Shown one piece after another: positions 59,329 through 64,000 of a DNA stretch of 64,000 bases (positions are counted from its first letter, which is position 1; each line of letters begins with the position of its first letter). The DNA lies in the NCBI GenBank assembly GCA_964445435.1, contig CAYUKU010000006.1, positions 1,112 to 65,111 of the forward strand, in the 5' to 3' direction. The notes under the pieces are model-generated. The model ran no database searches, was not told the origin of the DNA, and worked only from the letters and a program-made list of their open reading frames with translations. This DNA is from an uncultured Gammaproteobacteria bacterium. GTDB lineage: Bacteria; Patescibacteriota; Microgenomatia; UBA10105; UBA927. Position numbers and translations under genes: made by a program.

Positions 59329-60821
59329 AGAGGCGTAATTTTATACATCCGCATCCACACATCCTCCCTGTTTCCTTTCTGGTAACTTGAAACCAATTCC
59401 ATTGGCCAGTCGGGAATCGTCTGCGTCTGATTGAAAACGATATATGTTGTATGATCTTTTGCGTCTTTGAGCATTTCTTGGGTAGGTGCGTCATAGGGCA
59501 CCGGCCACACTCCCTTCACTTTTACGTTCGGGTTGTCCACCTGGTACATTTCTATCGCGTACGGGAACAGTCCGAAGGTGCCCTCCGTATAGATACTCAC
59601 TTTTCCTTTTTGTGCTTCTTTTGTCACGATTTCGTTAATCTCTTTGACTCCCCAACCGCTCGGCCAATCGTCGATGAGTTGGCTCTTATCCGAAAACGGT
59701 ATCGGGGCATATTTCGGATTTGTCAGAATGAAATAATCAGTCCACAGGGAGGGGAAAACGATAAGGCCGAACAAAAAAATCGTCAGGGCGTTCTTTCTTC
59801 GTATGAGATCCGTCAGCGTTCGGGCCGCAAGGATAAGAAGAGGCATAACCATAAAGAGAATAAAACGAGGATAGAGAACTCTGCCAAACATCGAAAGCGC
59901 AAAAAACGGTGCAAACCACCAAACGAAAAGGAGCAGAGACTCCCGCCACTTCCCCCCGAAACGGAATAGTCCGATAATCGACGCGACAAACACGGGCCAC
60001 GTCAGATAATGAATTGCCCAGTCAAACAAACCTCTCAAGTTACCCGATACGAACTTGAACGGATGGACGACCCACTCGTGAAATGAATAGATAAATACCA
60101 TATCTTTCTGAGCGACCATGTGGAAAAGCGGTGAGAGCCGAAGCGTGGCATACATTGCCTGCGAGATAAACGCAGCCACGAGCACGAACCCGGTCCACCG
60201 AAAAAAATTCCTATTTCTCTTCGGGTTTTTCCAGTCAAAAAGAAGAAGCGTCGCAGGCAACATGTAGAGACTTAAGAAGCCCGAGGATTTATTGAGCATT
60301 CCTGCTCCCAGTACCATCCCCAAAATAAGGGCGATATCAAGCCGCAGGTTTCGTACAAGAAGAACGGAAAGGAATGCACTCCAGATGAAGAACGTAGCCA
60401 CAAGCGAATCATAGACGGCAAGACGATCATACATGAGCGTAAAGGGTACGATAAGATAAAGAACACATGTGAGAAAGCTTATTTTTTTCCTCTGGAACAG
60501 TTCGAAACTCAAAAACCACAAGCCAACCATGCTCACGGCTCCGGCTATAACGGAAACGAGTCGGCCGGCAACCAGAGGATCACGGATAAATTTCAAAAAG
60601 ACCATCATAACCCACGTAAACATGGGTTGTTTTCCGTCTACCAGAGAAATAAACCGCCACGCCGCATCCCGCGAGCCTATTTGCGACCAACGGATATAGA
60701 TAGCCTCATCTGTGAATATGGGTAAAATCGTCAAATGGAACAGCCTCGTGGCGAAAAAAGCCGCGGTCAATAAGAGCAAGGCAAACACGAACGTACGCAC
60801 GCTGGCAAGCTTACGAGCCAT
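59325..60821 (-). CDS. ArnT/PMT_2-like GT-C glycosyltransferase
   Basis: PIFTDEAIY, DGKQP, YDRLAVYD, LYPRF; start MARKL at 60821. Confidence 0.82.
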   Translation of the reverse strand: MARKLASVRTFVFALLLLTAAFFATRLFHLTILPIFTDEAIYIRWSQIGSRDAAWRFISLVDGKQPMFTWVMMVFLKFIRDPLVAGRLVSVIAGAVSMVGLWFLSFELFQRKKISFLTCVLYLIVPFTLMYDRLAVYDSLVATFFIWSAFLSVLLVRNLRLDIALILGMVLGAGMLNKSSGFLSLYMLPATLLLFDWKNPKRNRNFFRWTGFVLVAAFISQAMYATLRLSPLFHMVAQKDMVFIYSFHEWVVHPFKFVSGNLRGLFDWAIHYLTWPVFVASIIGLFRFGGKWRESLLLFVWWFAPFFALSMFGRVLYPRFILFMVMPLLILAARTLTDLIRRKNALTIFLFGLIVFPSLWTDYFILTNPKYAPIPFSDKSQLIDDWPSGWGVKEINEIVTKEAQKGKVSIYTEGTFGLFPYAIEMYQVDNPNVKVKGVWPVPYDAPTQEMLKDAKDHTTYIVFNQTQTIPDWPMELVSSYQKGNREDVWMRMYKITPL

Positions 60822-60827
60822 AGGGAA

Positions 60828-60833
60828 ATTATA
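60828..60833 (-). promoter_or_regulatory. -10 box, probable leaderless promoter
   Basis: TATAAT 6 nt before ATG 60821, in a 13-nt gap. Confidence 0.6.
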
Positions 60834-60834
60834 C

Positions 60835-61935
60835 CTACTTTTTGGCCAGAAGAACAATTCCTGCCAGACCAAGAGGTACAATCATCCCCCAAAACTTGAT
60901 AAGGGGAACAGGGTCATTCCAATGACCGAAATAGAAATACGGCGCATAGATAAGAAGAAGCCCGAGTGAAGCAGCGCCAGTGACGAGGGTAATCCGCCGG
61001 TTTCGAGGTAAAAGTCCGACAAAAGGCACGATCCATACCAAATACCAGGGAAGAATCTCACGCTGAGTGATAACGGCAAGAAGACCCATGCACATGGCAA
61101 TGAGAAACCACAGTGGTCTGTACCCGAACAGCACAACCGGGAGCGCGAATAATGTCATTAATTTCGTACCTGTCGCCAGAGCCATCAGGGCAAACGATTG
61201 GAGCGTCTGGCCCGAAACAGAAGCCCAAATGGACCATACCGCAAACAGCATCATGACGATATCGTTATGTCCGCTCACCAGCGTCTCAAAAATGATAAGC
61301 GGGTTTAATGCCACAATAGCCATGCCCACGTTTATCTGTTTCGGGTCAGTTTTCGCCAAAATTTTTTGCGTCAGCCAAACAACCCCAAGATATGAAAAAA
61401 CCGCAATTCCCTTCATGCTCCATAATGTGGGAAGAAAATATCCCAACCCCAGCAAGTAAAACGGAAGACTGAGAATAATCCAAAACGGCGTGTACGCGCT
61501 TGGCAAATGAGTCCAACGCATAAAAGAAAGCCACGGCTCTACGCCGCGAAAGTCAAGCGGGACGACCGTATACGGATTCTTGTGGTACACGAGCACTGTT
61601 TTGGCCGTGAACATGTAGTTAAAAATGTCGTAAGAAAACGCCGGATAGGAAAAAAGGAGGAGGACTGATAGGATGATTGCGATGCGCCAAACGGTTTCTT
61701 GCGCAAGTCTACCTTTCCGTGCCTGAGAAATGGCAAACGCATACAAACTGAAATAAACGATAAGTAGTCCAACATACCATGCCGTGGCCCACGGTCGAGC
61801 ATAGAACCCTACATACTGAAACAGTTTCTCGATGGATTGGAGGATTCCGACCTGTGAAATCGTTAAACTAAGATCAACCTGAGTAAACGAAAAGAGAAAC
61901 AATAAAACCGCAGCTGCACTATAGGCGAAAATCAT
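60835..61935 (-). CDS. GT-C glycosyltransferase, MptA/MptB-like
   Basis: YDIFNY, KNPY, AYTPFW, LNPLI, GHNDIVM. Confidence 0.75.
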   Translation of the reverse strand: MIFAYSAAAVLLFLFSFTQVDLSLTISQVGILQSIEKLFQYVGFYARPWATAWYVGLLIVYFSLYAFAISQARKGRLAQETVWRIAIILSVLLLFSYPAFSYDIFNYMFTAKTVLVYHKNPYTVVPLDFRGVEPWLSFMRWTHLPSAYTPFWIILSLPFYLLGLGYFLPTLWSMKGIAVFSYLGVVWLTQKILAKTDPKQINVGMAIVALNPLIIFETLVSGHNDIVMMLFAVWSIWASVSGQTLQSFALMALATGTKLMTLFALPVVLFGYRPLWFLIAMCMGLLAVITQREILPWYLVWIVPFVGLLPRNRRITLVTGAASLGLLLIYAPYFYFGHWNDPVPLIKFWGMIVPLGLAGIVLLAKK

Positions 61936-62696
61936 GAATAATATCCTTTAAACGCGTTGACCCGGATCCTTACGATATCCAAGAATCCCTGCCACGAATC
62001 TTTTATGGGATTCACCCTTCTTGTTTCCACATAGTGCCATTCGACCGGCACCTCTTTTATCTTATATCCGCGATTCTTCGCCAGAAATATCACTTCTATG
62101 TCAAATCCTGCCGTTACCATGGATCCGCTTACTTCCTTTTTCGTGCCGTAGAGCTTAAGACTTTTGAAAATATTCTCGGCTGCGTTTTTACGAAATGCCT
62201 TAAATCCGCACTGGGTGTCTACGATACCCTTCAGTCCCAAGAGCGTACTTCGCAAAAACATAAATCCCCGCGCCATCATGATGCGAAAGACCGGCGCGCC
62301 TTCCCGGACGCCGTTTCTTGACCCGATGACCACGTCATATCCCTTGGAGAACCACGGCAGAAGCTTCTCTACCTCCCGGATCGGCGTTGCTTGATCCAGA
62401 TCGGTAAACAACACAATGTCTCCCCGTGAAGCCGCGACTCCCGTGGCGACGGTTCCCGCTTTCCCCAAATGGATATTGTGAATCACTCGAAATCCCCGAT
62501 TGTTTTTCACGAATTCGTCCAGGAGTATTTTTGTCTTGTCTGATGATCCGTCGTTTACGATAATCGCTTCCCAGGTATATGACTGTCGCTCCAAGTAGAG
62601 CGAAACCTTGTCGAGGGCTCCAAGCCGAATATTCGTCTCTTCGTTATACGCGGGGATGATAACCGACAAAAAAGGCATACGTATCTTACTCTTCAT
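61932..62696 (-). CDS. GT2 polyprenyl-phosphate sugar synthase (DPG-synthase/Alg5-like)
   Basis: IIPAYNEE, FTDLDQATP, DTQCGFKAF, GFDIEV. Confidence 0.9.
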   Translation of the reverse strand: MKSKIRMPFLSVIIPAYNEETNIRLGALDKVSLYLERQSYTWEAIIVNDGSSDKTKILLDEFVKNNRGFRVIHNIHLGKAGTVATGVAASRGDIVLFTDLDQATPIREVEKLLPWFSKGYDVVIGSRNGVREGAPVFRIMMARGFMFLRSTLLGLKGIVDTQCGFKAFRKNAAENIFKSLKLYGTKKEVSGSMVTAGFDIEVIFLAKNRGYKIKEVPVEWHYVETRRVNPIKDSWQGFLDIVRIRVNAFKGYYS

Positions 62697-64000
62697 ACGG
62701 GACGAGTTTATAGATTTTCACGAAGGGCGCGTCCCACGTTCCTGCGATTTGCGCCCTGCCGAATCCAGCCACCTCCCACAGTGGATGGCCAAGCGGCTGA
62801 CAATTTATTGTCTCACAAATTACGATAAGTTGCTTCGTAACGCTTTTGCGGGCGGGATCAATATCGGTATTTTCAATGACAACCGGCGCATTTCCCCATA
62901 TCTCAAAAAAGTACCGATACGCGTGATCGGAATTTCCGTCTGTGAGAAGTGCGAAGTTAAATGGCTCTCCGTTCGTCTGCTCAAACGCCGTACGGGCGAT
63001 TGTCTTTACCTGTTCCAACTGGTTATTTGGAGGGTAGACGAAAGGACGACCCTGCCAATTAAAGATAATAAGCCCGGCCCATAGCAGAATCACGGGCAGG
63101 CGTGCGTTTTTGTTACTCCACACCCATTGGGCCATCATCCCGAGAAACAGGAAGGGGAATGCAAACAGAATGGTGAAATAGTAATCGTAGATGGCTCGCT
63201 GGTAAAACCCAAAAAGCCCAATGACGATGCCCACCCACACACAAAGAAGCAGTATTTCTTTTTTTCGCGTCCGGGCAATGATCACAAATCCGAGAAAGAA
63301 CGCCAATACCCATCGGGCAGTCTGCGACAAGACCGTCAAGGCTGTGATGTACCAGTCAGGATAACTATTCCACAATTCTTTGGGCGGCATCCGGAAAACC
63401 ACTCTGCTAAAAATCCGAAACGACACGTCAGCGATCGTTTTCCCGTAAGAAGACGGTGTAAATCCCGTTTCTTTACCCGCGGAAAGAAACTGTACGATGG
63501 TACGTGTATTTGCAAACTGGTGTCGCAACTCAAACGCGATAAACGGACTTGCCCCGATAAGAAATCCTACTGCAGTCAAAAGCATCGTCTTTACAAACGG
63601 AAGTGTATGTCGGTGAAGGAGATACCATACAAACACAACCACGAATAAAAAGAGGAAAAGATAGTGAAGCTGTATACCGATTCCCAACACGATACCGATA
63701 AGAAGCTCGTTGGCGCGAATTCTCCTTGTGACCAACCGCCACAGAAGGTAGATAAGCATTATCGCGAAAAACGGCACGACGTTCGGATTCCACGATGACC
63801 GGGAATACGCGATAACGAGCGGGGAAAAGGCATACAGACTCGCTGCCACAAGACCCGCTACCGTACCAAATAAGGATCGTCCGGTTACGTACACCATAAA
63901 CACGGTAGCAATACCGAACAAGCCGACCATGACCGCAGGTCCCACGGGATCGAGTTTCCACGCCCACAGAAACGGCAGCATGAAATAATAGTAAATAGGC
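62686..64000 (-). CDS. ArnT-like GT-C glycosyltransferase (5' end beyond window)
   Basis: Frame is open to the window edge (PIYYYFMLPF, matching GPLYYY of 33473..34705), SRSSWNPN, IQLHY, IYDYYF. Confidence 0.8.
   Translation of the reverse strand, partial: PIYYYFMLPFLWAWKLDPVGPAVMVGLFGIATVFMVYVTGRSLFGTVAGLVAASLYAFSPLVIAYSRSSWNPNVVPFFAIMLIYLLWRLVTRRIRANELLIGIVLGIGIQLHYLFLFLFVVVFVWYLLHRHTLPFVKTMLLTAVGFLIGASPFIAFELRHQFANTRTIVQFLSAGKETGFTPSSYGKTIADVSFRIFSRVVFRMPPKELWNSYPDWYITALTVLSQTARWVLAFFLGFVIIARTRKKEILLLCVWVGIVIGLFGFYQRAIYDYYFTILFAFPFLFLGMMAQWVWSNKNARLPVILLWAGLIIFNWQGRPFVYPPNNQLEQVKTIARTAFEQTNGEPFNFALLTDGNSDHAYRYFFEIWGNAPVVIENTDIDPARKSVTKQLIVICETINCQPLGHPLWEVAGFGRAQIAGTWDAPFVKIYKLVPYEE

Noticed and set aside
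1-64000. Alternative genetic code 25 (TGA=Gly) as in Gracilibacteria/Absconditabacteria
   Set aside because: Full-length proteins read in code 11 and many end at TGA in ATGA overlaps
1-64000. CRISPR arrays, tRNA/rRNA, transposases, integrases, defence systems
   Set aside because: No intergenic gap exceeds about 70 nt and no such motifs or repeat arrays were seen

Overview
The whole 64 kb is one very dense surface-glycosylation region. It has about 51 apparently intact CDSs (two run off the window edges) and almost no intergenic DNA. By my count there are 24 polytopic GT-C-type (polyprenyl-phosphate-sugar-dependent) glycosyltransferases in several paralog families, 13 GT2 and 4 GT4 enzymes (four of the GT2s look like polyprenyl-phosphate sugar synthases), 2 Wzx/MOP-type flippases, 6 nucleotide-sugar enzymes and 2 small proteins of unknown function. 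The sugar enzymes include RfbH/DdhC, a GDP-mannose 3,5-epimerase-like SDR and an aminotransferase plus GNAT pair. Gene content, start/stop overlaps, no obvious Shine-Dalgarno sites, -10 boxes placed 6-8 nt before ATGs and a DUF5667-like protein suggest a Patescibacteria/CPR (Microgenomates-like) genome using code 11; this is inference. I saw no RNA genes, mobile elements or CRISPR arrays. Family calls come from motif recognition by eye, not database searches. Many start codons were moved downstream of the ORF-track starts.
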